In this document: positions 37,265 to 45,559 of the stretch, in pieces | Position numbering within the stretch: position 1 is the stretch's first letter | Layout of the letters: every line of letters starts with the position of its first letter | The notes under the pieces: model-generated | The model's input: only the letters and a program-made list of their open reading frames with translations | What the model was told of the DNA's origin: nothing | Database searches by the model: none | Position numbers and translations under genes: made by a program | Source: an uncultured Burkholderiales bacterium | GTDB lineage: Bacteria; Pseudomonadota; Gammaproteobacteria; Burkholderiales; Burkholderiaceae_C | Direction of reading: 5' to 3' | Assembly (NCBI GenBank): GCA_966211815.1 | Contig: CBIHOD010000005.1 | Span: 55,803-119,802, forward strand | DNA length: 64,000 nucleotides

Positions 37265-37843
37265 GAGGATCTCCTTGTCGTTTTCAAAGGCAAGCGCTGT
37301 GCCCGTCGGTCCTTGGGTTTACCGCTTGAAACAAGACGCCCATGCGGTTTTGAACCTGCCCGGAACGCCGTTTGCACGAGTGCATGCATCCCTGATCTCA
37401 CCCGTCGGCACGGGAAGGCGCGCCGGTCCTTGCCGCAGCCCGCCCGTCGTCCGGCCCTTGCACTGACCTTGACCGTTCACCGGAGCTTTCGCCATGAACC
37501 AACGCCTTCCAGCCTCCACAGATGCCGCGCCCGCCGACGCCTCAGTGGCGGGGGAGGAGGACCCCGGCGCCGCTCTGGACACCCTGGCGAAACCGGCCAG
37601 CGCGGCAGCCCGCGGAGGCCGCAGCGACGGCCCGGTGCCCACCGGCCCCGACGCCCGCCCGGGGCCGGCCGACAAGGCGCCCACGCCGGGAGACCGCGAT
37701 TCGGCGGCCCCCGGCAGCCTGTCGGAGGACGCACCGCCGTGATACGGCGCCGCGGCCGGCCGCGCAGGCCAGGCGCACCCCTGCCGCCGCGGGGTTTTCT
37801 GGCTATCATTGACAGGAATTCGTCGGCGCCAGCCAGCGAAATC

Positions 37844-37866
37844 GCCACCTCCGGGTGGCTTTTTTG
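37844..37866 (+). terminator. Terminator/attenuator-like hairpin 40 nt upstream of the GTP cyclohydrolase II gene
   Basis: GCCACC-tccg-GGTGGC followed by TTTTTTG. Confidence 0.5.
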
Positions 37867-37905
37867 TTGTCGTGCTTTTCCTCGTCGTCCCCCGCGAGCC
37901 GTTTG

Positions 37906-39051
37906 ATGACTACCCCCGCACCTTCCATGCCCGGCTTCGGTCCGAAAGCCGACGCGTCGATCCGCGTCGACCGCGCGCAAACCGAACTGCGCCACGGCCG
38001 CATCGTCCTTGTCATGCCGCAGGCGGGCCAGGGTGCCGAGCCCCCTTTGCTCGTCCTCGCGCTGGAAACCCTGGGCGAAGCGCGGTGGCGGCAGTGCCAG
38101 GCTTCGGGCCTGGATTGGCGCCTCGTCTTTACCGCGGAGCGGCTGCAGGCGCTGGGCTGGCCGCAAGCCTCCGGCCCGCGCACGATGCGGTTCGAGCCCG
38201 GCACGCCGCTGGCCGCGCTGCAAACCCTGGCGGGGGTGAGGCCGGGCGAGGCCGACACCGGCCTGCTGAGCGATCACGATGCCGCGCCAGGCGCCGCCGA
38301 GGCGGCCTTGCTGCTGGCCAAGCGGGCACGCCTGGCGCCCACCCTGCTCGTGGCCGACGCCCCCCCCGATTGGCCTGCCAGCCCCTGGCTGTCGGTCGGC
38401 CAGGACGACGTGCGGCGCCTGGCTGCGCCGGGTTCCGCGCCCGAGCTGCAGCGCGTCAGCGACGCGCAGGTGCCGCTGGCCCTGGCCGACGACTGCACCC
38501 TGGTGCTCTTCCGCGAGGTCGACGGCAGCGCCGAGCATGTGGCCATCCTGGTGGGCGCCCCCGACCTGTCCGGCGCCGTGCCGGTGCGGCTGCATTCGTC
38601 CTGCCTCACCGGCGACCTGCTCGGCAGCCTGCGCTGCGATTGCGGCGACCAGCTGCAGCGGGCGATGGAACACCTGGCCGACACCAGCGGGATCCTGCTG
38701 TACCTGTCACAGGAGGGCCGGGGCACCGGGCTGGCGAGCAAGCTCAGGGCCTACCGTCTGCAGGACGCCGGCCTGGACACGATCGACGCGGACCGCCACC
38801 TCGGCTTCCGCGGCGACGAACGCGACTTCCAGGTCGCCGTGGCCATGCTGAACGCGCTGGGCGTGTCGCGCGTCAAGCTGCTGACCAACAACCCCAGGAA
38901 GATCGACGCCCTGCGCCAGGGCGGGATCGACGTCGTCGAGCGCCTGGCGCTGGTCGCGCCCACCAACCCGCACAACGAACGCTACATCCAGACCAAGCGC
39001 GACCGCGCGGGCCACCTGCACCACGTCGACGACGAGCAGGGCGAGCAGTGA
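37906..39051 (+). CDS. ribA: GTP cyclohydrolase II with an N-terminal degenerate DHBP-synthase-like domain of about 200 aa
   Basis: Zn-binding LHSSCLTGDLLGSLRCDCG and QEGRGTGLASKLRAYRLQDAGLDTIDAD…LGF. The N-terminal half lacks the acidic catalytic motif expected for RibB. Confidence 0.82.
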   Translation: MTTPAPSMPGFGPKADASIRVDRAQTELRHGRIVLVMPQAGQGAEPPLLVLALETLGEARWRQCQASGLDWRLVFTAERLQALGWPQASGPRTMRFEPGTPLAALQTLAGVRPGEADTGLLSDHDAAPGAAEAALLLAKRARLAPTLLVADAPPDWPASPWLSVGQDDVRRLAAPGSAPELQRVSDAQVPLALADDCTLVLFREVDGSAEHVAILVGAPDLSGAVPVRLHSSCLTGDLLGSLRCDCGDQLQRAMEHLADTSGILLYLSQEGRGTGLASKLRAYRLQDAGLDTIDADRHLGFRGDERDFQVAVAMLNALGVSRVKLLTNNPRKIDALRQGGIDVVERLALVAPTNPHNERYIQTKRDRAGHLHHVDDEQGEQ

Positions 39052-39080
39052 GCCGCGGCCGCGCCGCCTGACGCGCCGGC

Positions 39081-39587
39081 TCAGCCGGGTTTGCCCAAGC
39101 CGCCGTCGATCCACGCGGCGGCGGTGCCCGCGGTCAATTTGAAATTCGCCGGCACGCGGACCCGCGCCAGGCGTTCGCCCAGCGTGTCGAACGCGGCCAG
39201 CAGGGCGTGCGGGTCGTCCTCGTCGGGCACGATGTCCAGCGTGACGGTGATGCGGCCGTTGGCGGCCGTGTCCACCGCGACGTTCTTGTGGTGGGCGGCG
39301 TGCAGCGCCTGCTCGTGGCGGCGGATCACCTCGCCGGCGGTCTTCACCAGCGTGTTGAAGGCGGCGGTGTCCAGCGGTTTGGGGTTTTTCTTGTCGCGGC
39401 CCATGGTCCAGGGGCCGACCAGGGCGGGCTCGGGCTCGCCGTCCTTGACCATCTCCACCGCCCAGCCTTCATCGTCCTCGTTCTTGACGACCCGGGCGGT
39501 CCATCCGTTGTCCCGCCACAGGCGGGCTTCCTTGACGCTCTCGGACGGATCGGCCGGCGCCAACGTGTCAGCAGGGGTGTTTTCCAT
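39081..39587 (-). CDS. Hypothetical acidic 168-aa protein, probably co-transcribed with the GspE-like ATPase
   Basis: Clean ORF 36 nt downstream of the ATPase stop on the same strand. No motif recognised. Confidence 0.55.
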   Translation of the reverse strand: MENTPADTLAPADPSESVKEARLWRDNGWTARVVKNEDDEGWAVEMVKDGEPEPALVGPWTMGRDKKNPKPLDTAAFNTLVKTAGEVIRRHEQALHAAHHKNVAVDTAANGRITVTLDIVPDEDDPHALLAAFDTLGERLARVRVPANFKLTAGTAAAWIDGGLGKPG

Positions 39588-39623
39588 CCGTGGGATGGTA
39601 CAGGCCGGCGCGCCGCGCGGGCT

Positions 39624-42179
39624 TCACGCGTTGCTGGTCGCACGCACCTCCTCGATGCTGGTCAGGCCCGCCCAGACTTTGTCGATGCCGTCCTGCCTCA
39701 GCGTGCGCATGCCTTCGGCCATGGCGGCCTGCTGGAGCTGTTCGGCGCGGGCACCCGTCTGGATCAGCGCGCGCACCTCGCGGGAGACCACCATCAGTTC
39801 GTGCACGCCGACGCGGCCCTTGAAGCCACTGTGGTTGCAGGCGCCGCAACCGGTGCTGTGCCAGTGCATCAGGCGGCCGTCCTTGCCGTGGTTCTTCAAC
39901 CAGCCCGCCAGCACCTCTTCCCGAGCCACCGGCGGCTCGCCTTTGCCGAAGCCGTGCATCGCGTCGTCCAGCAGCTCGTGCACTTCTTCGTCGGTGGCGG
40001 GGCGCCTGAGCAGGCATTCCCTGCAGAGCCGGCGCACCAGGCGCTGCGCGAGCACCGCCAGCAGCGAATCGGCGAAGTTGAAGGGGTCCATGCCCATGTC
40101 GAGCAGCCGGGTGACGGTCTCGGGCGCGCTGTTGGTGTGCAGCGTGCTGAGCACCAGGTGGCCGGTGAGCGAAGCCTCGATGGCCGTCTGGGCGGTCTCG
40201 GCGTCGCGGATCTCGCCGACCATGATCACGTCCGGGTCGGCGCGCAGGAAGGCGCGCAGCGCCTTGGCGAAGGTCCATTCGATCTTCGGGTTGACCTGAA
40301 CCTGGCGCAGCCCGGGCTGCGTGATTTCGACCGGGTCTTCCGCCGTCCAGATCTTGCGCTCGGGCACGTTGATGTGGCTCAGCGCCGAATGCAGCGTCGT
40401 CGTCTTGCCCGATCCGGTGGGCCCGACGCACAGCACCATGCCGTAAGGCCGCTCGATCGAACGCTTCAGGGCGGCGAGGTTGGGCGCGGACAGCCCGATG
40501 CCGTCCAGCGGGATGGGCTTGGCCGAAGCCAGGATCCGCATCACCACGTCTTCCAGGTTGTTGTTGGTGGGGATCGCCGCCACGCGCAGCTCGATCCTGT
40601 GCTGCGCCGAGAACTTGGAGAAGTTGATCTTGCCGTCCTGGGGCTTGCGGCGCTCGGAGATGTCCAGGTCGCACATGATCTTGATGCGCGCCACCAGCGG
40701 GTTGCGGTAGTTCGACGGCAGCTCCAGGTAGGTGCGCAGCAGGCCGTCCTTGCGGAAACGGATGCGGATCTTCTCCCGGCCCGGGTAGCTCTCGATGTGG
40801 ATGTCGGAGACGCCTTCCTTGTGGGCCTCGATGATCATGGTGTTGATCAGCCGCACCAGCGAGTTGTCCGACTGCTCGATCTGCCTGTCCTCGTCCGCCA
40901 CCAGCGTGCTGACGTCGTCCTTCTCCAGCGATTCGAGCAGGCTGCTGCTGTCCTCCAGATCGAAGGACAGCGGCGAGCCGCTGTCGATGAAGCCCAGCTT
41001 GTTCGAAGGCGCCGCGCCGGCGCTGCTGTAGACCTCGAACAGCGTGTCGTCCATCGACTTGCACTGCGCCAGCACCGGCACCACCTTGGTCTGCGCGACG
41101 AACTCCACCTCGGCCAGGGCCGCGCCGCGCCGCGAAGGGTCGTCGATGGCCACCACCAGGCGGCCGTCGTGCAGCAGCAGCAGCGGCATCACGCCCAGGC
41201 GCAGCGCGCTCTGGTAGGGCACTTTCTTCAGCGCCGCCGGCTCGGCGGGGAAGCCTTCCAGGCGGACCAGCGGGTAGCCCATCTTGCGCGACAGCGCCGC
41301 CTGCAGGTCGGAGGGCGAGACCACCTTCATGCGCACCAGCAGCTCGCCCAGCGGGGTGCCGCGGTCCTTCTTCTGCTTGGCCAGCGCGTCGTCCAGCTGC
41401 TTCTCGTTGATCAGGCCCAGCGACACCAGGGCGTCGCCGATGCGCACCATCGGCATCTTGCTCTGGCGGTCCAGCGCTTCGAGCAACTGATCGGGCGAGA
41501 CGACCTGGTTCTGCAGCAGGATGTCGCCGATCTTCTGGTTGCGCAGTTGCTGCTGCAGCTCGGCCGCCTCTTCCACCTGGGCGGGCGTGGCCAGCGCCTG
41601 CTCGATCAGCAGTTCGCCGATGCGCGGCCCGACCTCCAGCTGCCTGTAGGCGGCCCTGGGCACGAACAGGTTCAGCACGCCGTCGCCCGAGGGCGTCGGC
41701 AGGAAAAGGAAGGCGCCGAAAGCTTCCTCCACATGGCCGAGCGTCTGGCCTTCCATCTCGCCGCCGCGTTCGAGCCGGATGCGGTAGGGCTGCGCCGCGA
41801 CGTTGCCGATCATCGCCGTCAGGGCCGGGTCGGCGTTGGCCACCGTCGGGCAGAGCGGCGTCGTCAGCCTCAGGCTCAGGAACTGGTCGAAACGCAGCGG
41901 CACGGTGGTGCGCGCCGGAGGGATCTGCACGTGCGCCACTTGCGCGTCCGGCACGAAGAAGGTCAACCGGCCCGACATGCGGTTGCCGTTCAGACCGGTG
42001 ATCTCGCAAGGGAGCGGGTCGGTCTGCGGTTCCGCGGCCGGGTAGTTCGCCGAAGGCGGCGTCGGCCATCGGAATGCTTCCAGGCTGGCTTTGCGGGGGT
42101 GGCCGCCGCCGGAAGCGGCCGCGTCGAAGGGCGCGGCCCCGGGCTCTTCCCACTGCAGTGGATTCAGCGTGTCCGCCAT
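39624..42179 (-). CDS. GspE/PilB-family secretion ATPase with an unknown N-terminal domain and four tandem MshEN-type motifs
   Basis: Walker A GPTGSGKTT, Asp/His boxes (MVGEIRD, LSTLHTN) and tetracysteine CRECL…CGACN. Four RIGxxL…LxxALxxQ repeats lie at residues 186-299. Start set at MADTLNP. Confidence 0.9.
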   Translation of the reverse strand: MADTLNPLQWEEPGAAPFDAAASGGGHPRKASLEAFRWPTPPSANYPAAEPQTDPLPCEITGLNGNRMSGRLTFFVPDAQVAHVQIPPARTTVPLRFDQFLSLRLTTPLCPTVANADPALTAMIGNVAAQPYRIRLERGGEMEGQTLGHVEEAFGAFLFLPTPSGDGVLNLFVPRAAYRQLEVGPRIGELLIEQALATPAQVEEAAELQQQLRNQKIGDILLQNQVVSPDQLLEALDRQSKMPMVRIGDALVSLGLINEKQLDDALAKQKKDRGTPLGELLVRMKVVSPSDLQAALSRKMGYPLVRLEGFPAEPAALKKVPYQSALRLGVMPLLLLHDGRLVVAIDDPSRRGAALAEVEFVAQTKVVPVLAQCKSMDDTLFEVYSSAGAAPSNKLGFIDSGSPLSFDLEDSSSLLESLEKDDVSTLVADEDRQIEQSDNSLVRLINTMIIEAHKEGVSDIHIESYPGREKIRIRFRKDGLLRTYLELPSNYRNPLVARIKIMCDLDISERRKPQDGKINFSKFSAQHRIELRVAAIPTNNNLEDVVMRILASAKPIPLDGIGLSAPNLAALKRSIERPYGMVLCVGPTGSGKTTTLHSALSHINVPERKIWTAEDPVEITQPGLRQVQVNPKIEWTFAKALRAFLRADPDVIMVGEIRDAETAQTAIEASLTGHLVLSTLHTNSAPETVTRLLDMGMDPFNFADSLLAVLAQRLVRRLCRECLLRRPATDEEVHELLDDAMHGFGKGEPPVAREEVLAGWLKNHGKDGRLMHWHSTGCGACNHSGFKGRVGVHELMVVSREVRALIQTGARAEQLQQAAMAEGMRTLRQDGIDKVWAGLTSIEEVRATSNA

Positions 42180-42531
42180 GGTTCGGTGTCGTCCGCGTGT
42201 GTTGTCGGTTGAAGATGCGGGAGGGCGCGCCGGGCGCCCTCCCGCGCACGATGATGCGCCCAAAGCGTGGCGGACGGAACGTGAAAAAAGGACGGCAAAG
42301 GGGTCTTGATCCGCGCCGGTCCGGCGTGGCGGACCGGGAGCCGGGCCGCTATGCTGCGCGACCGGTCCCGTCCCGTCAGGGCCTGTCAACGCTCAAAGGA
42401 AGCCCGCGTGACTCCCCCCAAAGACCCGCCGTCGAGGCGCAAAGCACAGCTGTGGCGATCGCCACAGCGAGCCTTCGCGACGCGGAGGGCGGGTTTTTGC
42501 CTTGTCCCCAACCGTCCCACACGCCTGAAGC

Positions 42532-43440
42532 ATGAACCTCCGTTTCGTCGAAGCTTTCTACTGGGTCGTCTCGCTCAAAAGCGTTTCCCGCGCCGCGGAG
42601 AAGCTGTTCATCACGCAATCGGCGATGTCCAGCCGCATCGCCGCCCTGGAAGAGGAGCTGGGCGTGCTGCTGCTCGACCGGCGCGACAAGCAGTTCCGCC
42701 TCACGGTCGCCGGCCTGCGCTTCTTCAACCACGCGCAGAAACTGCTGGCGCTGCAGCGCGACATCAAGGCCGAGATGAGCGCCGCCGGGGGGAACGAGAC
42801 CGCCTCGGTGTCCCTGCGCATCGGGGTGATCGAATCGGTGCTGCACTCCTGGCTGATCGACTGGATCCAGCACATGCGCAAGAGCAGCACCGCGTTCGAG
42901 CTGGAACTGACGGTGGAAACCACGCCCGTGCTCGTGGACCACGTGCGCCGCGGCGCGCTCGACCTGGTCTTCTGCGCGCTGCCCACCGCGGGCGAGGGGG
43001 TGCGCAGCAGGGCGCTGCCGTCGATGGAAATGGTGTTCGTCGGCCACACCGAGCAGCACCGCAAGCGGGCCTACACGCTCGCGGAGCTGGCCGAGTTCGA
43101 GCTGCTGACCTTCCAGCGCGGCTCGCAGCCGCACGCGGCCCTGATGGACATGTTCCGCAACGCCGGCGTCGACCTCAAGCGCGTGCACAACATCTCGTCG
43201 ATCTCGGCGATGGTGCAACTGGTGGAGGGCGGCCTGGGCATCGCCACGCTGCCGATCGCCGCGGCGCAGCGCCTGGCCGAGCGGCTGCCCCTGAAAATCC
43301 TGAAATGCGACGCGTCGCTGTCGCCGCTGCCGGTGCATGCGAGTTACCGGGAAGACCCCACCTCCGGCGTCGCGGAGGACGTGGTGCAGGCGGTCCTGTC
43401 ATTCATTAGGGTTTCCACTGATCATCGAAAAAATCGATAA
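42532..43440 (+). CDS. LysR-family transcriptional regulator
   Basis: N-terminal wHTH (LRFVEAFYWVVSLKSVSRAAEKLFITQSAMSSRIAALEEELG) and a LysR substrate-binding domain. Confidence 0.9.
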   Translation: MNLRFVEAFYWVVSLKSVSRAAEKLFITQSAMSSRIAALEEELGVLLLDRRDKQFRLTVAGLRFFNHAQKLLALQRDIKAEMSAAGGNETASVSLRIGVIESVLHSWLIDWIQHMRKSSTAFELELTVETTPVLVDHVRRGALDLVFCALPTAGEGVRSRALPSMEMVFVGHTEQHRKRAYTLAELAEFELLTFQRGSQPHAALMDMFRNAGVDLKRVHNISSISAMVQLVEGGLGIATLPIAAAQRLAERLPLKILKCDASLSPLPVHASYREDPTSGVAEDVVQAVLSFIRVSTDHRKNR

Positions 43441-43522
43441 GACGATCAGTAAACAATGCGTTTGCCCGTGACAAGGTGTCACAACAGAATCCCCTCAACG
43501 TTGAAATAACACGGTCAACGGA

Positions 43523-44368
43523 ATGGAATTGGAGTCTGATGTGAACACCGCCATGGCAAACCCGTCCAGCGCCGCCAACCCCGCCGCACCGGCTCAAGAG
43601 GGCCGCCGCGCCCGCGCGCCGATCCGCAGCGGCGAATGGGTCTCCCACACCAGCGGCCTGAGCCGCGACCTCGTCCAGGGCAACCTCGTCATCCTGCCGG
43701 CCGACCTGGCCTCGGACTTCCTGCGGTTCTGCCAGCGCAACCCCAAGCCTTGCCCCTTGCTGGCGGTGTCCGAGCCGGGCGACCCGATGCTGCCCACGCT
43801 GGGCGAGGACATCGACATCCGCAGCGACGTGCCCCGCTACCGGGTCTGGCGCAACGGCGAGCTGGTCGACGAGCCCACCGACATCTCCTCGCTCTGGCGC
43901 GACGACCTCGTCACCTTCGTCATCGGCTGCTCCTTCTCGTTCGAGCAGGCGCTGCTGGACGCCGGCCTGCCGCTGCGCCACGTGGCCCAGAAGCGCAACG
44001 TGGCCATGTACCGCAGCAACATCGCCACCGCGCCGGCCGGCCCGTTCAACGGCCCGATGGTCGTCTCGATGCGCCCGCTGAAGGCGGCCGACGCGATCCG
44101 CGCGATCCAGATCACCTCGCGCTTCCCGAACGTGCACGGCGCGCCGGTTCACATCGGCGACCCGGCCCTGATCGGCATCAAGGACGTGACGCGCCCCGAC
44201 TACGGCGACGCGGTGGAAGTGATGCCCGACGAGCTGCCGGTGTTCTGGGCCTGCGGCGTGACGCCCCAAGCGGCCATCGCCCAGGCGCGGCCCGAGTTTT
44301 GCATCACCCACGCGCCGGGCTCGATGCTGATCACCGACCTGCCCAACCACCAGCTGGCCAGTTTCTGA
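43523..44368 (+). CDS. Putative hydro-lyase, D-glutamate cyclase family (UPF0317/DUF1445)
   Basis: [28 protein letters not shown] … [10 protein letters not shown] … VSMRP … [10 protein letters not shown] … FWACGVTPQ pattern. An alternative start lies at 43553. Confidence 0.78.
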   Translation: MELESDVNTAMANPSSAANPAAPAQEGRRARAPIRSGEWVSHTSGLSRDLVQGNLVILPADLASDFLRFCQRNPKPCPLLAVSEPGDPMLPTLGEDIDIRSDVPRYRVWRNGELVDEPTDISSLWRDDLVTFVIGCSFSFEQALLDAGLPLRHVAQKRNVAMYRSNIATAPAGPFNGPMVVSMRPLKAADAIRAIQITSRFPNVHGAPVHIGDPALIGIKDVTRPDYGDAVEVMPDELPVFWACGVTPQAAIAQARPEFCITHAPGSMLITDLPNHQLASF

Positions 44369-44440
44369 CCGGCGCCGACGCGCCCGCCGCCCGTGTGACT
44401 TAGTCCCCGTCCTTCCAACAACCCGTAGAGGAGTCTTGCG

Positions 44441-45415
44441 ATGAAGAAACTAGTGTTCGCCTGTGCAGCCACCATCGTGGCGTCCATGGCCCAGGCCGAG
44501 ACAAAATGGGACCTGCCTTCGGGCTACAACACCAACACCTTCCAGGTGCAGAACCTCCAGTACTTCGCGGACGAGGTCGACAAGGCCACGGGCGGCAAGC
44601 TCAAGATCACCATCCACCCCAACGCGTCGCTGTTCAAGGCCAACGAGATCAAGCGCGCCGTGCAGAGCGGCCAGTCGCAGATGGGCGAGTTCATCCTGTC
44701 CAGCGCCTCCAACGAGAACCCGCTGTTCGGCCTGGATTCCATCCCCTTCCTGGCCACGACCTACACCGAGGCCAAGAAGCTGAGCGACATCTCCAACCCC
44801 CAACTGGAGAAACTGCTCGCCTCGCAAGGCATCAAGCTGCTCTACACCGTGCCCTGGCCCGGCCAGTCGCTTTACACCAAGAAGCCCGTCGCCTCGATGC
44901 AGGATTTGAAGGGCACCAAGATGCGCGCCTACAACCCCGCCACCTCGCGCATCGCCGAATACGTCGGCGCCCAGCCCGTCACGGTGCAACTGGCCGAGCT
45001 GCCCGCGGCGCTCGCCACCGGCACCGTCGACAACTTCCTGACCTCCAGCGCCAGCGGCGTGGACAGCAAGCTCTACGAATACGTCAAGTACTTCTACGAC
45101 GTCAACGCCTGGCTGCCGCGCAACGCGCTGGTGGTGAACCAGAAGGCCTTCGACGCCCTGGACAAGGCCACCCAGGCCACGGTGCTCAAGATCGCCGCCG
45201 CCGCCGAGGCCCGCGGCTGGAAGGAAAGCCAGCGCATCGACGACGAGTACGTCAAGACCCTCGAAGCCAAGGGCATGACGATCGACCGCGGCAGCGAGGC
45301 CCTCAAGCGCGAGCTGAAAGTCATCGGCGGCCGCATGACCGGCGAATGGCTGCGCCCGGCGGGCGACGAAGGCAAGGCGATCATCGACGCCTACCGCGCC
45401 GCCACCGGCAAGTAA
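44441..45415 (+). CDS. dctP: TRAP transporter substrate-binding protein (DctP family)
   Basis: Signal peptide followed by a DctP-type fold pattern (…LKITIHPNASLFKANEIKRAVQSGQSQMGE… KMRAYNPATSRIAE…). Confidence 0.88.
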   Translation: MKKLVFACAATIVASMAQAETKWDLPSGYNTNTFQVQNLQYFADEVDKATGGKLKITIHPNASLFKANEIKRAVQSGQSQMGEFILSSASNENPLFGLDSIPFLATTYTEAKKLSDISNPQLEKLLASQGIKLLYTVPWPGQSLYTKKPVASMQDLKGTKMRAYNPATSRIAEYVGAQPVTVQLAELPAALATGTVDNFLTSSASGVDSKLYEYVKYFYDVNAWLPRNALVVNQKAFDALDKATQATVLKIAAAAEARGWKESQRIDDEYVKTLEAKGMTIDRGSEALKRELKVIGGRMTGEWLRPAGDEGKAIIDAYRAATGK

Positions 45416-45559
45416 CCCCCTCCATCCCAAGGCGGCAGTCCCCCATCCACGCGCGCCCCGGCGTCTGCCGGGGCGCGGGGGAGAACTGTTGCCTGGCTTG
45501 AGTCGCCCCGGGGCGGTTCAAGCCAGACAGACCGCGTCTTCAGCAGCACGGCGAACCCC

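Noticed and set aside
37494-37742. 82-aa ORF (MNQRLPASTDAAPADASVAGEEDPG…) upstream of the ribA-like gene
   Set aside because: The product is entirely low-complexity Ala/Pro/Gly/Asp, with no motif and only a weak GGAG upstream. It could be real, and the 37844 hairpin would then be its terminator, but I cannot support it as a gene.
37265-37905. FMN riboswitch upstream of the GTP cyclohydrolase II gene
   Set aside because: I could not find the conserved FMN-element core helices or sequence. Only a simple terminator-like hairpin is visible. It needs a covariance-model search before any claim.
39207-42212. 1001-aa ORF on the plus strand
   Set aside because: Antisense shadow of the GspE-like ATPase, with low-complexity R/A/G/V/H composition and no motifs.
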